Below, one piece after another: positions 1 through 9,824 of a DNA stretch of 64,000 bases; the stretch's first letter is position 1, and each line of letters opens with the position of its first letter. Where the stretch lies: the IMG/VR virus record IMGVR_UViG_3300010352_001897. One strand, written 5' to 3'. Below the pieces are notes generated by a model that was not told the DNA's origin, did not search any database, and saw only the letters and a program-made list of their open reading frames with translations. The stretch comes from an uncultured virus (IMG/VR IMGVR_UViG_3300010352_001897) (lineage: Duplodnaviria; Heunggongvirae; Uroviricota; Caudoviricetes). Both the position numbers and the translations under genes were made by a program.

Positions 1-104
1 AGACACTATGCCATTGTATGATAAGGCTCTCATTGGAGGGGCTGATCATATTATGGCACATGCCGCAGTTGGGCAACTCAACCATAACTGCATTATGAAG
101 TCAT

Positions 105-461
105 TTGGAAATTGCCAAATTGTACATCATTCCTCTCGCCCTTTCCACGATCTATAGTGTGAGGGTGACTTTCAAGAAATACTTGGAAGAGAGGAAGGAG
201 TACAATAATGCGGTGGCCAATGACCCATATTATCACTCGCACTTTCGCGTTGGGGACATTGTATATGCAATGTTCATTGCAGGATGTCCTGTGATCAACA
301 TCTTCACCGCAGTCTTCCGAGCAATCCCTATGATTTGTGGCAACACATACACCTTCCTCTGTGAGACATTTGACTTTAAGCTGATCCCTGACCATACGCC
401 CAACAAAAGGATAAGCAACGTGGCACTGAATCTTGAAAAACGCACCAAAACTTCCATTTAG
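105..461 (+). CDS. hypothetical membrane protein
   Basis: 118-aa ORF with two hydrophobic stretches, co-oriented with neighbours. Confidence 0.55.
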   Translation: MEIAKLYIIPLALSTIYSVRVTFKKYLEERKEYNNAVANDPYYHSHFRVGDIVYAMFIAGCPVINIFTAVFRAIPMICGNTYTFLCETFDFKLIPDHTPNKRISNVALNLEKRTKTSI

Positions 462-511
462 TGGTATTATATTCTAAATACGTAATGAAAAATAAACAAA
501 AAGGAAATGAA

Positions 512-2140
512 ATGAATAGTTTAAAAGTCAATCAAATTTCAAATAAGTTTAATAGAAATTCTTGGGTACATGTGTTTCTTATGCTGGTTCTCATGTTTTC
601 AATGTTATTAGTGTCAAGAGTTGAGGCTAATCCAACAACTGCCGACTCTTTGCCACATTGGAAATTACAATGGTCAGAAGAGTTTAATGTTCCTGGTGCA
701 TTGGATACTTCAATTTGGGGTTATGAATTAGGGTATCGTAGGAACAATGAATTACAGTATTATACTAACAGCACTAAAAATGCGGTAGATACTGCAGGAT
801 ATTTGCGCATCAGACTAATGCGAGAATCTATAGGTGGGAAGAATTGGTCATCTGCAAGTGTAATCACTCAAGGTAAGAAAACATTCACTTATGGTCGCCT
901 TGAAGTTCGAGCAAAGCTTCCCCTTGGACGAGGATCTTGGCCTGCTATTTGGTGTATGGGTATTAATGGTACTTGGCCAGCAAATGGCGAAATTGATATT
1001 ATGGAATATGATTTAAACCAATGGGGAGGGGACAATAACTTAATTCGGCCATATAGAGTCGTGGGGACTGCACACTGGTCCAATTATACCTCACAACATA
1101 AGGCATATTCAAGAGATATTAAGATTGATGACCCAACAAAAGAGTTTCATACATATTCTATAGAATGGGATTCAGTAAGTATTAGATGGTTTTATGACGA
1201 TCAATTGTATTCTACTCTAGACATATCATCAAACGATTTCGATGAATTTCGTCAACCACAATATTTATTATTGAATCTTGCTTTAGATGAATACTCAGAT
1301 TCTCCAGGAAAAGACACTATGGATTATTTAATTGACTATGTTCGCTATTATCAATTAGACCCAACTACTGTTCGACATCTCCCACCAGTAGCATCATACG
1401 ATTACGTCAATAGAGCATATGCAAATGATACTGTTGAATTTTCTGTAAGTGTTGAAACAGATAAACTTCCTAACTTTCCTTTGACATATAAGTGGGAATC
1501 TGCGAAGATTTCACACCCTTATACAATTCTTACACCAAATAAACAATCTTCACGTTTGTTATTTCCAAAGCCAGGTGAGTATGTACTTTGGTGTACGGTG
1601 AGCGATAAGCAATATTCTAATTTAGCGTATCTCTTTTATGTTGTTGGTAGTGAAGCCGCAATGGCAAAACCATCCTCAACAACTTTTTCAGATTCTATTG
1701 TGGTTCGCTTAACACACACTAACCCAAACACAAAAATTTATTATACACTTGATGGTTCAGATCCAACTACAAGTTCTTCGGTGTATGATACTTCACATGC
1801 CTTTGTTTTTCATAGTAGTATTACATTAAAGACATTGGCGGTTGAGGTTGGATTTTACCAAAGTAAGGTTACAACTAATCGTTATACTCAGAGTTTGTCA
1901 AGTGTGGATACTACATACAAAACACCAAAACGCCCATTAATTGTATCAAACAATTCTGGAATTAAAATTCAAGAAGATAGTGAATTTACCGCAACTATAT
2001 ATAATCTTAATGGTACTATTCTGGAACACGGAAATAGTAATAATGGTGTATGGAAATGTGGTTCAATTAAGTCTGGAGTTTTTATTGTTCGTGTTCAGGG
2101 GGCTAATATTGCTCCAACTAATATTCGCATAGTTCAATAA
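512..2140 (+). CDS. secreted GH16 (laminarinase/beta-1,3-glucanase-like) glycoside hydrolase with PKD-like, FN3-associated/chitobiase-like and C-terminal sorting-like domains
   Basis: Signal peptide (..VFLMLVLMFSMLLVSRVEA), WSEEF, YGRLEVRAKLP, WPAIW, catalytic EIDIME (ExDxxE), IYYTLDGSDPT, C-terminal TIYNLNG..SGVFIVRV; start placed at ATG 512 after AAAGGA (track start 461). Confidence 0.9.
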   Translation: MNSLKVNQISNKFNRNSWVHVFLMLVLMFSMLLVSRVEANPTTADSLPHWKLQWSEEFNVPGALDTSIWGYELGYRRNNELQYYTNSTKNAVDTAGYLRIRLMRESIGGKNWSSASVITQGKKTFTYGRLEVRAKLPLGRGSWPAIWCMGINGTWPANGEIDIMEYDLNQWGGDNNLIRPYRVVGTAHWSNYTSQHKAYSRDIKIDDPTKEFHTYSIEWDSVSIRWFYDDQLYSTLDISSNDFDEFRQPQYLLLNLALDEYSDSPGKDTMDYLIDYVRYYQLDPTTVRHLPPVASYDYVNRAYANDTVEFSVSVETDKLPNFPLTYKWESAKISHPYTILTPNKQSSRLLFPKPGEYVLWCTVSDKQYSNLAYLFYVVGSEAAMAKPSSTTFSDSIVVRLTHTNPNTKIYYTLDGSDPTTSSSVYDTSHAFVFHSSITLKTLAVEVGFYQSKVTTNRYTQSLSSVDTTYKTPKRPLIVSNNSGIKIQEDSEFTATIYNLNGTILEHGNSNNGVWKCGSIKSGVFIVRVQGANIAPTNIRIVQ

Positions 2141-2236
2141 GAATGAAAATAAAATCTTTGTGTAGTATATTATCAAAGATTTTATTTTCAATGTTAATAT
2201 ATATATAATACTGGGGAAATAAAATTGAAGTAGAGA

Positions 2237-2497
2237 GTGTGTATTAATCTGGAAGATGACGCTGGAGTTAGTGAAATTTCAAGTATTAACGCAATACTTA
2301 AGTACAAGCACAATAGGTTCTTTGCTAAACTATACTTCAGAATTCAAGTATTTGAGGCCAACCAATTTCTCGTTGACATTATGAATGGTCCTAATGAGAG
2401 TGATCGGGTGGTATATCGCGTACAATTCAATCACATGACACCTGTCAATATTGAAAATCACATTGATAAGGTGTTTATGCGAAAATGTTTCATTTAA
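2237..2497 (+). CDS. hypothetical protein
   Basis: 86-aa ORF in plus-strand gene run. Confidence 0.45.
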   Translation: MCINLEDDAGVSEISSINAILKYKHNRFFAKLYFRIQVFEANQFLVDIMNGPNESDRVVYRVQFNHMTPVNIENHIDKVFMRKCFI

Positions 2498-2530
2498 CAA
2501 CACATAAGAAATAGCCAAAGGAAATAATAT

Positions 2531-2893
2531 ATGGAACGAGTAACCATTAATAGATGTTCTTTCTCTGAGTTATTTCATTTTGCTGAAAAGGAATATGGAA
2601 TTTCTTGGAATGAATGTAATAACTTATTTTTCAGCCAAGAACATCTCACATATCAGAGAATTAATAATGTCAATATTTCTGAATTGCTTGATGGAATAGA
2701 TTTGGCCGAATATGACCCAGACTATGAAAACTGGGATATTGATGGAGATTTTGAGAATTGGAATAGGGTGGCTTGGGCAGTGATTAATAAGGGGCGTGAT
2801 TTTGTTCTTAATCACGAGATTAAACTATATCTAATCATTGCACATTTTCTCCTCGTAAATAATGTAAACGATACCGAAATTGACTGCACATGA
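2531..2893 (+). CDS. hypothetical protein
   Basis: AAGGA SD; overlaps next gene at ATGA. Confidence 0.7.
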   Translation: MERVTINRCSFSELFHFAEKEYGISWNECNNLFFSQEHLTYQRINNVNISELLDGIDLAEYDPDYENWDIDGDFENWNRVAWAVINKGRDFVLNHEIKLYLIIAHFLLVNNVNDTEIDCT

Positions 2894-3123
2894 GTGAGAA
2901 CATCAACCCCAAAAAATCCCAAATAGTTAAGAAAAAGATAACTAAGGATCAAATTGACGAACAATATATTCTAGTTATTGAGGCATTAACTAAGATTTAC
3001 CAGGAAAGCAAACTTCAAACTAAAGCTAAAAGGGCCAATTGGGGAAAAGTAAAAAAGTTGACCCTTGAGTGCGAAAGTGTTAAGCTTGAACTACACACCA
3101 TGCTAGAGAACTATCAAAATTAA
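2890..3123 (+). CDS. hypothetical protein
   Basis: ATGA coupling with upstream ORF. Confidence 0.6.
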   Translation: MSENINPKKSQIVKKKITKDQIDEQYILVIEALTKIYQESKLQTKAKRANWGKVKKLTLECESVKLELHTMLENYQN

Positions 3124-3168
3124 AAAGTACATTGACGCACTAAACCAAATACAAAACTAGGAGAAACC

Positions 3169-3942
3169 ATGTTTAAGCATCTTTTTAGGGTATCAAAGTT
3201 CCCTTCATCTAACAACCCTATCACCAAATTCCTCTTTAAAAGGCAATTTCCCCTCTATGAAGAAGGCGTAACCGAATACTACTTCACTACTGGTAAGGAT
3301 AAAATTGATGCGCTACATTCTACAAATATCCTTACAGTTAAAGTAACGTCAAATAAATTGTTTAAGGCTAATGGTTATTATAATGAATTCGACACTATGT
3401 ATTATTGCAATAAGAAATGCATTTTGACACTTGGAATTACAGGGGACTATGCTAATCTTTTTGCGGAGCCTATCAGCAAGGATAGGAAAAACCAAATACT
3501 TCAAGCAATTGAGGATCAAAGAATTATTGAAAACGACGCCAAAGAACGTGCAAAGGTTCAAGCTGAACTGGACAAGATCCAAAGGCTTATTGATAGGGAA
3601 ACTCTTATTAAGACCAAAACCAAACAATTTCAAGACATAGTAAAACTCACCTTTGAGAATTTTCAAAACATTTTCCCATTCACTGATAAAGGAATATTCT
3701 TAGCCTCTAATGCCGGAACCTTGGCATATCTGAATATTCAATATGGCCCTAATGATTATCGTAGATATTCTTTTACCTACTATTCAAACAATGTTCTAGA
3801 AACATACATCAATGAAGCAATGGCAGTTGCTCTTATTGGGGACTATGTGAATACTTGTACAAAGGCGCTTAATGGGGAATGTAGTGCCGAAGCTTCTTTG
3901 CTTAATAAAATCTCTGAAATGCTGGACAGTCATAAAGCGTAA
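3169..3942 (+). CDS. hypothetical protein with central coiled coil
   Basis: AGGAG SD, 257 aa. Confidence 0.75.
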   Translation: MFKHLFRVSKFPSSNNPITKFLFKRQFPLYEEGVTEYYFTTGKDKIDALHSTNILTVKVTSNKLFKANGYYNEFDTMYYCNKKCILTLGITGDYANLFAEPISKDRKNQILQAIEDQRIIENDAKERAKVQAELDKIQRLIDRETLIKTKTKQFQDIVKLTFENFQNIFPFTDKGIFLASNAGTLAYLNIQYGPNDYRRYSFTYYSNNVLETYINEAMAVALIGDYVNTCTKALNGECSAEASLLNKISEMLDSHKA

Positions 3943-3967
3943 ACAATACTAAAGAGGCCATCTTCAT

Positions 3968-4351
3968 ATGGGATATTTCGTAGAATTCTCAGCCGAGTTT
4001 GATCATTATAATGGCCCAGGTATTGTGGGTAGGATTGAAATAAGGACTGGCACCCCTAGACATATTCAACAAACAGTAGTTCTAGTCTTAGGTGACGAAG
4101 AAGTTGTATTAATGACTGTGGCTCGCGACCAATGGGGAGTATGGTATGAAGTCATGAATGCACTCATTGATAATGAGGGAAAGTTGAGTCCTTATCTGCC
4201 ATCAACAACAATTGCCCAAGAGGATGGAACTCGATCCTTCCTAGATGCACTAATAAAGGCATTAACTCAGCTAAGAAATTGTAATGAAGTTGATACTAAA
4301 GAGGCCAAACTAATAAAAGCAAATGTCCAAGAATTTGAATTAGGAGATTGA
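3968..4351 (+). CDS. hypothetical protein
   Basis: GAGG SD, tightly packed operon. Confidence 0.7.
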   Translation: MGYFVEFSAEFDHYNGPGIVGRIEIRTGTPRHIQQTVVLVLGDEEVVLMTVARDQWGVWYEVMNALIDNEGKLSPYLPSTTIAQEDGTRSFLDALIKALTQLRNCNEVDTKEAKLIKANVQEFELGD

Positions 4352-4352
4352 C

Positions 4353-4577
4353 ATGGACGCTCTATGTGGGTTCAAAGTCTTTAATTGTGAGAACTTCCTC
4401 CCTGGTATGGGCTATCCGGAAATTAGTAGGTGTACTGTGCTCGCAGAAACCGCAGAAGTGGCACTAGGGCTCGCTCTGGAACAGTTTCCTAAGATGCCCC
4501 ATAACAACTGGACGGTGGACGAAGTCAAGCTCACAGGGCGCTCCCAGGTCCTTTTTGATATGCATGAAAGCCACTAA
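4353..4577 (+). CDS. hypothetical protein
   Basis: AGGAG upstream, abuts neighbours. Confidence 0.65.
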   Translation: MDALCGFKVFNCENFLPGMGYPEISRCTVLAETAEVALGLALEQFPKMPHNNWTVDEVKLTGRSQVLFDMHESH

Positions 4578-4784
4578 ATGAAAAATGCCGAAAAAGGGTT
4601 TAGACGAGTCACTGTTAGACTAGAAGTCGATTACGATCTCGAAATTCCAAATATTATGAAAATGGATGAAGTTAAAGATCTTCTAGTTCAATACTTCATG
4701 GATGAACATCAAATAGAAAGTACCGGCATCACCGTCCATGATAGAAGCGACGACAGACTCATTAGAACTAGGAAATTTAAATGA
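4578..4784 (+). CDS. hypothetical protein
   Basis: abuts neighbours. Confidence 0.6.
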   Translation: MKNAEKGFRRVTVRLEVDYDLEIPNIMKMDEVKDLLVQYFMDEHQIESTGITVHDRSDDRLIRTRKFK

Positions 4785-5116
4785 AAAAGCCAAAAACTCT
4801 CAAGGGAGTTAAAAGAGCAGAGTTCTGCCAAATGATCGTAAAGACTACTGCAAGAATCTTTGCCACCATGCTCAATCCAGGCTTCGTAGGACCTAATTGG
4901 AAATTCACTCCTGAGAATATTACTCGTCTAACTTGGACAGGCTTTTATGCATGTGGGTATGATAAAAACGATTTAATTGTATTATATCCAGGATTGCCAG
5001 ATACATTAACCTTGGAAAAGTTCTGGGAACAGGAAAGTCGCAAATACGCTAAAGAGCTAATTGAACACTCAGGGCTTAGTGATGTTAACACCATTAAAAT
5101 CATAAAAAACCTTTAA
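4781..5116 (+). CDS. hypothetical protein
   Basis: ATGA overlap, AGGA SD. Confidence 0.65.
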   Translation: MKKPKTLKGVKRAEFCQMIVKTTARIFATMLNPGFVGPNWKFTPENITRLTWTGFYACGYDKNDLIVLYPGLPDTLTLEKFWEQESRKYAKELIEHSGLSDVNTIKIIKNL

Positions 5117-5133
5117 TATAAAGAAAACTACAT

Positions 5134-5547
5134 ATGAGTGATCAATACTCCAAAATGGAAAATCCAACTACATTTCGTGTACCTTCGGGAAATGGCACTG
5201 AAGAGCATATTGTTCATGTTGTAGAGTATTATAGTATGGAGGGCGTGATCAATGCAAAATATGATGAGATAATGTTTTGTGTAGATCCTATTAGAAACAT
5301 TGATGTGGACTATTCAATTAATGGAATTAAAAGCGGAAACACTCTTATTAAGAAAACATATAACTCAGATGTGGTTATTGTAAAAATAGGAAATGAATAT
5401 AAAATACAGAAAAGTAGATTCTACAACGGGACTGTATCTGGACGTTCACTATCCGCAACCCCAAGCACAGAACAAACTACCCCACCCAAACAAAAGAAAA
5501 AACCTAACAAGAAAATAGCCCCTCCAATCGGAACGATCTATAATTGA
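5134..5547 (+). CDS. hypothetical protein
   Basis: 137-aa ORF in operon. Confidence 0.6.
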   Translation: MSDQYSKMENPTTFRVPSGNGTEEHIVHVVEYYSMEGVINAKYDEIMFCVDPIRNIDVDYSINGIKSGNTLIKKTYNSDVVIVKIGNEYKIQKSRFYNGTVSGRSLSATPSTEQTTPPKQKKKPNKKIAPPIGTIYN

Positions 5548-5609
5548 AGCAGAACAAACCGCTAAAGAATGCTTAAAGCAAATTTGGAATTAAAACAAAG
5601 AAATGGCTC

Positions 5610-5840
5610 ATGAGTGACAATTACATCCATAGAATAGATCATAATAATATAGTGAAAGGAATCCTGGAAGGCAAATTAATATATGCCGCCTGCCTAAGCT
5701 GTAATGGATCTGGACGCGAAAATTGGAATGAAAATGGAGTAGATGTCAGACCTGGAAACTCTAATGACCCAAATAGAGAAAATGGAAATTGTGAAACTTG
5801 TAATGGCCTTGGATATGTAGTTAGAGTTGATAATAGATAA
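5610..5840 (+). CDS. small DnaJ-type zinc-finger protein
   Basis: two CxxCxGxG motifs (CLSCNGSG, CETCNGLG). Confidence 0.7.
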   Translation: MSDNYIHRIDHNNIVKGILEGKLIYAACLSCNGSGRENWNENGVDVRPGNSNDPNRENGNCETCNGLGYVVRVDNR

Positions 5841-5872
5841 TTAAATCAAAATAATCAATAAAGGAAATCAAT

Positions 5873-6091
5873 ATGGAAGCCCTCGTCGCCCAGGTAGAAT
5901 ATCAAAAAATCAAATACGATGGAATTCACTGCTCCCAAAATTGTACACATCTCGAAAATGGACTATGCAATATCTTTGGAAGAGAACTGAATGAACCTAA
6001 ATCAAACGGATTCCCTAAGACTAGACTAAACGCCTGCATTGAGGCCGAAACGCTGGCTAAAAGATTGATTACCGAAATGGTGAGTGATTAA
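5873..6091 (+). CDS. hypothetical Cys-containing protein
   Basis: AAGGA SD, CxxxC..C..C pattern. Confidence 0.6.
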   Translation: MEALVAQVEYQKIKYDGIHCSQNCTHLENGLCNIFGRELNEPKSNGFPKTRLNACIEAETLAKRLITEMVSD

Positions 6092-6229
6092 CTATGAGCC
6101 TCCTAGGATACAGTTACGACTACACAAACCATAAAATCATCGAACACTATAGAGAATCAATTCCAAATAACTATGAATTAAGAGCTACATAGTGGGGAAT
6201 ATTTAAAAGAAGAACTCAATAGCATATGA

Positions 6230-6720
6230 ATAGGAGATTCCTTTAAGATTTATGGCGAAGCCTATAGAGAATTGAATGATATATGGCGAAGCTGTAGGGT
6301 AGGTGTTTTAAGATCTTACTGTGGCATTTTTAAGATTCCTTTAAGATTCCTTTAAGATTCCTTTAAGATTCCCTTAAGATTTATGGCGTAGCTGATTTAA
6401 TTGAATGTGGGTGAGTATGGGTAAAAGTGGTTAAAAAAGGGTCCTATGCTAAAAAATACTACTCGGAAATTTTAAGAAAACGCCGAAAACGAAATTAAAT
6501 TAATTTAATCATATTCACAAGTTATCCACATTCTATTAACATATGTGTTGATAAATAATGATTAATCTTCAATAATTAGTGCTTGATAAAATTTCACACC
6601 CTCTAAGTGCTCGCGCAATAAATCAGTCAGCATAATCTCAAAAATAAAAACTCACAATGAATCTCACAATAGTCTCAAAATAGCTTCGCAATATATTTCC
6701 CAATAACACTCAAAGGAACT
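6230..6720. other. candidate replication origin
   Basis: non-coding; perfect DnaA box TTATCCACA 6522-6530, near-matches 6511, 6533, 6546(rev); AT-rich tract 6491-6510; tandem repeats; strand composition changes across it. Confidence 0.55.
6329..6382 (+). repeat. tandem 11-bp repeat TTTAAGATTCC (about 5 copies), iteron-like
   Basis: directly visible; partial copies at 6235 and 6307; ATGGCGWAGC at 6252, 6283, 6383. Confidence 0.9.
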
Positions 6721-6787
6721 AGTGACAATCCTTTGAATTTTTATTACATTGTAATTGTAGTTGTTTCATTTTACAAGGAGTAATAGA

Positions 6788-7234
6788 ATGAGTGATCCGA
6801 AGCCTACTGGTATATACATGTTGAAGTGGTTGGATGCGTATGGTCGTGGAACTGGCGGTAATCATCCTTACCAGTATGATTTGCCCAAGGATGGAAAACC
6901 AGGAAATTGGCATTCAATCAAGAACAAGAAACCTATTAAGACATGTGTAAATGGGTTTCACTGTACCACTTTAGAGTCCTATAAATTCTATTCAGACTAT
7001 GGTCCTAGGTTGTTTATTGTAGAGGTTGCTGGATCTTTTGATTGTCATGAAGATGAGCAGAAGGTGGCCTTTAAGCATATTAGGATTATTCGTGAATTGC
7101 CTGTGAAGGGAATTAAGACTTATCACCCTGAGATTGATCATAAGCGTAAAGTTGACATGCCTGCTAACGTTGCACATAGGATTATATGTGGTAATAGTGG
7201 TATTGTTGGTAGGGACTCTTTTGCAGTAATTTAA
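6788..7234 (+). CDS. phage protein, paralog 1 of tandem triplet (GFHC..GPRLFIVE family)
   Basis: AAGGAG SD before ATG 6788; strong similarity to next two ORFs. Confidence 0.8.
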   Translation: MSDPKPTGIYMLKWLDAYGRGTGGNHPYQYDLPKDGKPGNWHSIKNKKPIKTCVNGFHCTTLESYKFYSDYGPRLFIVEVAGSFDCHEDEQKVAFKHIRIIRELPVKGIKTYHPEIDHKRKVDMPANVAHRIICGNSGIVGRDSFAVI

Positions 7235-7249
7235 GTGAGGAATATTTCG

Positions 7250-7684
7250 ATGAGTGATCCAAAGCCTACTGGCGTGTACATGTTGAAGTGGTTAACTAAA
7301 AGTGGACGTGGAACTGGAGGTCCTGGGTATTACCAGTATGACTTGCCCAAGGATGGAAAACCAGGGAAGTGGCATTCAATTGATAATAAGAAGAAAATCA
7401 AGGTATGTCAGAACGGATTTCACTGTGCTCCTATGAAGGAATATCGTAATTTTTCGGATTATGGTCCTAGGTTGTTTATTGTAGAGGTTGCAGGATCTTA
7501 CGATATTGCTGTAAATCAGAATAAGGCGGCATTTAAGCATATTAGGATTATAGAGGAAGTACCTGTCAATAGTATGGGCTCTGCAATGGATCGTAGTAAG
7601 ATGCCAAAATTGCTTTCTAAGGTAATTAAATCTCTTTTTTCTTATGAATTGCATGGGATTATTCGTCAAGGGGAATTTAAGTGA
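7250..7684 (+). CDS. phage protein, paralog 2 of triplet
   Basis: GAGG SD, same MSDPKPTG start as paralog 1. Confidence 0.8.
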   Translation: MSDPKPTGVYMLKWLTKSGRGTGGPGYYQYDLPKDGKPGKWHSIDNKKKIKVCQNGFHCAPMKEYRNFSDYGPRLFIVEVAGSYDIAVNQNKAAFKHIRIIEEVPVNSMGSAMDRSKMPKLLSKVIKSLFSYELHGIIRQGEFK

Positions 7685-8199
7685 GAACTTACTATGCATT
7701 GAAGTGGGTAGATTCTAAGGGTAGAGGAACTGGAGGGAGTCGTCCCTATCAGTATGATTTACCTAAGAGGGGGAAACCTGGGCGTTGGCATAGGAAGCAT
7801 AAGGAAGCTATTAGGTTATGTGAGAATGGATTTCACTGTACTGGATTATCGGACTATGCTGAATTCAGTGATCTTGGTCCTAGATTGTTTATTGTAGAAA
7901 TTAAGGGGAAATTTTCATCGTCACATACGAAGGTAGCTGTTGAGGCGATGCGATTCATTGTAGAGGTTCCAATTTCCAAGGATGAATCTGGTGAATTAAA
8001 TACAGAATGGATTGATGATTCTGGATTTGTAAGAGTTACTGATAGTATTTTTGCTAAAATCATAATTAAGTATGTTTTTAAATATTCCAATAAATTAGTA
8101 AATGGTGGAGTTATTATGGCATCCTTTAGTGGAGGATCTGGGACAATTGGTAAGGATATCTTGGGGAAATATTTTCCAATTTCATTGCCTAGCTGTTAG
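7681..8199 (+). CDS. phage protein, paralog 3 of triplet
   Basis: shares LKW..GRGTGG..YQYDLPK..NGFHC..GPRLFIVE. Confidence 0.8.
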   Translation: MRTYYALKWVDSKGRGTGGSRPYQYDLPKRGKPGRWHRKHKEAIRLCENGFHCTGLSDYAEFSDLGPRLFIVEIKGKFSSSHTKVAVEAMRFIVEVPISKDESGELNTEWIDDSGFVRVTDSIFAKIIIKYVFKYSNKLVNGGVIMASFSGGSGTIGKDILGKYFPISLPSC

Positions 8200-8230
8200 A
8201 CGTTGAGTGATTTTTGGGTTACATTGTGGG

Positions 8231-8387
8231 TAGGATGATTGAAAAGTCTCTAGTGAAGATTGCGTAGTCATTGTGAGATGGGAATCGCTTTGTCTTCATT
8301 AGTAAGGGAAATAGATTAAGTTCTTTGTAGTCTCTATGAGGCTACCCCTGGAGGATCTGTAGGAGTTTACTCTTACAGGTCCTTTTT
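8231..8387 (+). ncRNA. putative ncRNA cassette H (~155 nt)
   Basis: TAGACG-N17-TACATT (8197-8225), no ORF, intrinsic terminator 8352-8387. Confidence 0.45.
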
Positions 8388-8430
8388 GTTTTTGGTGCAT
8401 CTTTTGTTGCTTATTTGTTATAGTTGAGCA

Positions 8431-8961
8431 ATGCAAGCAAGAAAAATTTCATTAACTGACATTGAAAAGTATTGGAACTATGATTTAGGTACCAATGAAT
8501 TAATTCCAACTGAATATGCAATTATGAATAATAAAAAGACTAAATTGTTACTGGTAGGTAACTATAAGAAAATTCCGATAAATGGGATATATTACATGTA
8601 TCATCGAATACTATATCAATTATATTACAGATTTGAGAGACTAAATGAATGTGACCTAATTGATCATATTGATGGAAATTCGCTGAATAATGACATTAAT
8701 AATTTGAGAAGATCTAATAAATCTGAAAATGGATGTAATAGAGTATTAGCACAGAAAAACAATAAACTCGGATATAAGAATATTTCATTAGTTCCTGGAG
8801 GATATCGAGTATGTATTGCTAAGAAAGGCAAGAAAAGATATTCTAAATGTTTCTATAGCTTAGAATTAGCAATACTTCATCGAGATGAAAAATTGAAAGA
8901 ATATCATGGAGATTTTATGAATTTAGGATATTGTGAATGGGCAGATATTAAAGATGAGTGA
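8431..8961 (+). CDS. HNH homing endonuclease
   Basis: HRILY..IDHIDGNSLNNDINNLR..N with AP2-like C-terminus. Confidence 0.9.
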   Translation: MQARKISLTDIEKYWNYDLGTNELIPTEYAIMNNKKTKLLLVGNYKKIPINGIYYMYHRILYQLYYRFERLNECDLIDHIDGNSLNNDINNLRRSNKSENGCNRVLAQKNNKLGYKNISLVPGGYRVCIAKKGKKRYSKCFYSLELAILHRDEKLKEYHGDFMNLGYCEWADIKDE

Positions 8962-9112
8962 GTTAATTAGTATTATTGCTGATTTTAATATAATTGAGTG
9001 ATTCTTTATTTATTGAGTGCCCAGGGGATGATTTAATGGGATTGAATTTGAAGGTGCATTTAGTATAGAGACTCCGTTTTGTCAAGAGGGATTTTGTCTA
9101 GAATTTTCTACT

Positions 9113-9141
9113 TTGACAGATGGGTTTGTTTTGCTTACATT
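9113..9141 (+). promoter_or_regulatory. sigma70-type early promoter TTGACA-N17-TACATT (representative of roughly 30 in 8.2-32 kb)
   Basis: same consensus, often preceded by TACC, at e.g. 10536, 10811, 12704, 17248, 18964, 22263. Confidence 0.85.
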
Positions 9142-9147
9142 GATCTT

Positions 9148-9502
9148 GTCGAAAGGTTGGGAATGTCGAGATTCTCCAACTACACCTAGCTAACTTTCGT
9201 TAGGTTCGGCTATGACGAAAAGGAATGTTGGTGGGCCTTTAGTCTAAAATATTCCCCAACAGTGGTCCTACCAGATTTCAGTGTCTAGAAGTAGGGGGGC
9301 TTAGACCATAGGTAAAGTACTGAATATCTCTCACAAGTTGCTAGTGGGATGAACTCGCAGGGACTTCTAAACTCAAATTTAGATGTCCAAGTAATACTTG
9401 CGGATCAAATGTGGTCCGAAAGACCCCTTTGAGAGGCAAGTGAATAGATTGGTACCCTATTCTAGGAGAAACCTCTTCAGCCACCAACTGGAGAGGTTTT
9501 CT
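9148..9502 (+). ncRNA. putative structured ncRNA cassette A (~355 nt)
   Basis: consensus promoter, no plus-strand ORF of 60 aa or more, multiple hairpins, terminator 9467-9502. Confidence 0.6.
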
Positions 9503-9590
9503 GATTTTATACCTTGACAGACTTGTCGAATTGCCATACATTAGGGGAGTCAGGAAGAATTTTCTTCAACAAATTCACAGGAGGTTGCTC

Positions 9591-9824
9591 ATGTATGTTT
9601 TGATGAATAAGACAGGCACTGCTGTTTTCCTGGGATATTCCCCAACTGGCCGTATTCGTTGGGGGCAATTGGATGAATTGAAGGAGGAGCCTACTGGATT
9701 TCAGTTGACGATCTTCAAGGATCCTTCTTTGCAGATTGAAGTAATGAAAAATCAAGATTGTCCTGTGTTGGTGGTTGCCGAACCCTTGGAGAAGCTATTG
9801 GCTTTCATTGGAGGTGAACAGTGA
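9591..9824 (+). CDS. hypothetical early protein
   Basis: GGAGGT SD before ATG 9591. Confidence 0.75.
   Translation: MYVLMNKTGTAVFLGYSPTGRIRWGQLDELKEEPTGFQLTIFKDPSLQIEVMKNQDCPVLVVAEPLEKLLAFIGGEQ

Noticed and set aside
9148..9502. Cassette A as tmRNA because of CCACCA near its end
   Set aside because: CCACCA is the terminator loop; there is no T-arm or alanyl acceptor stem.
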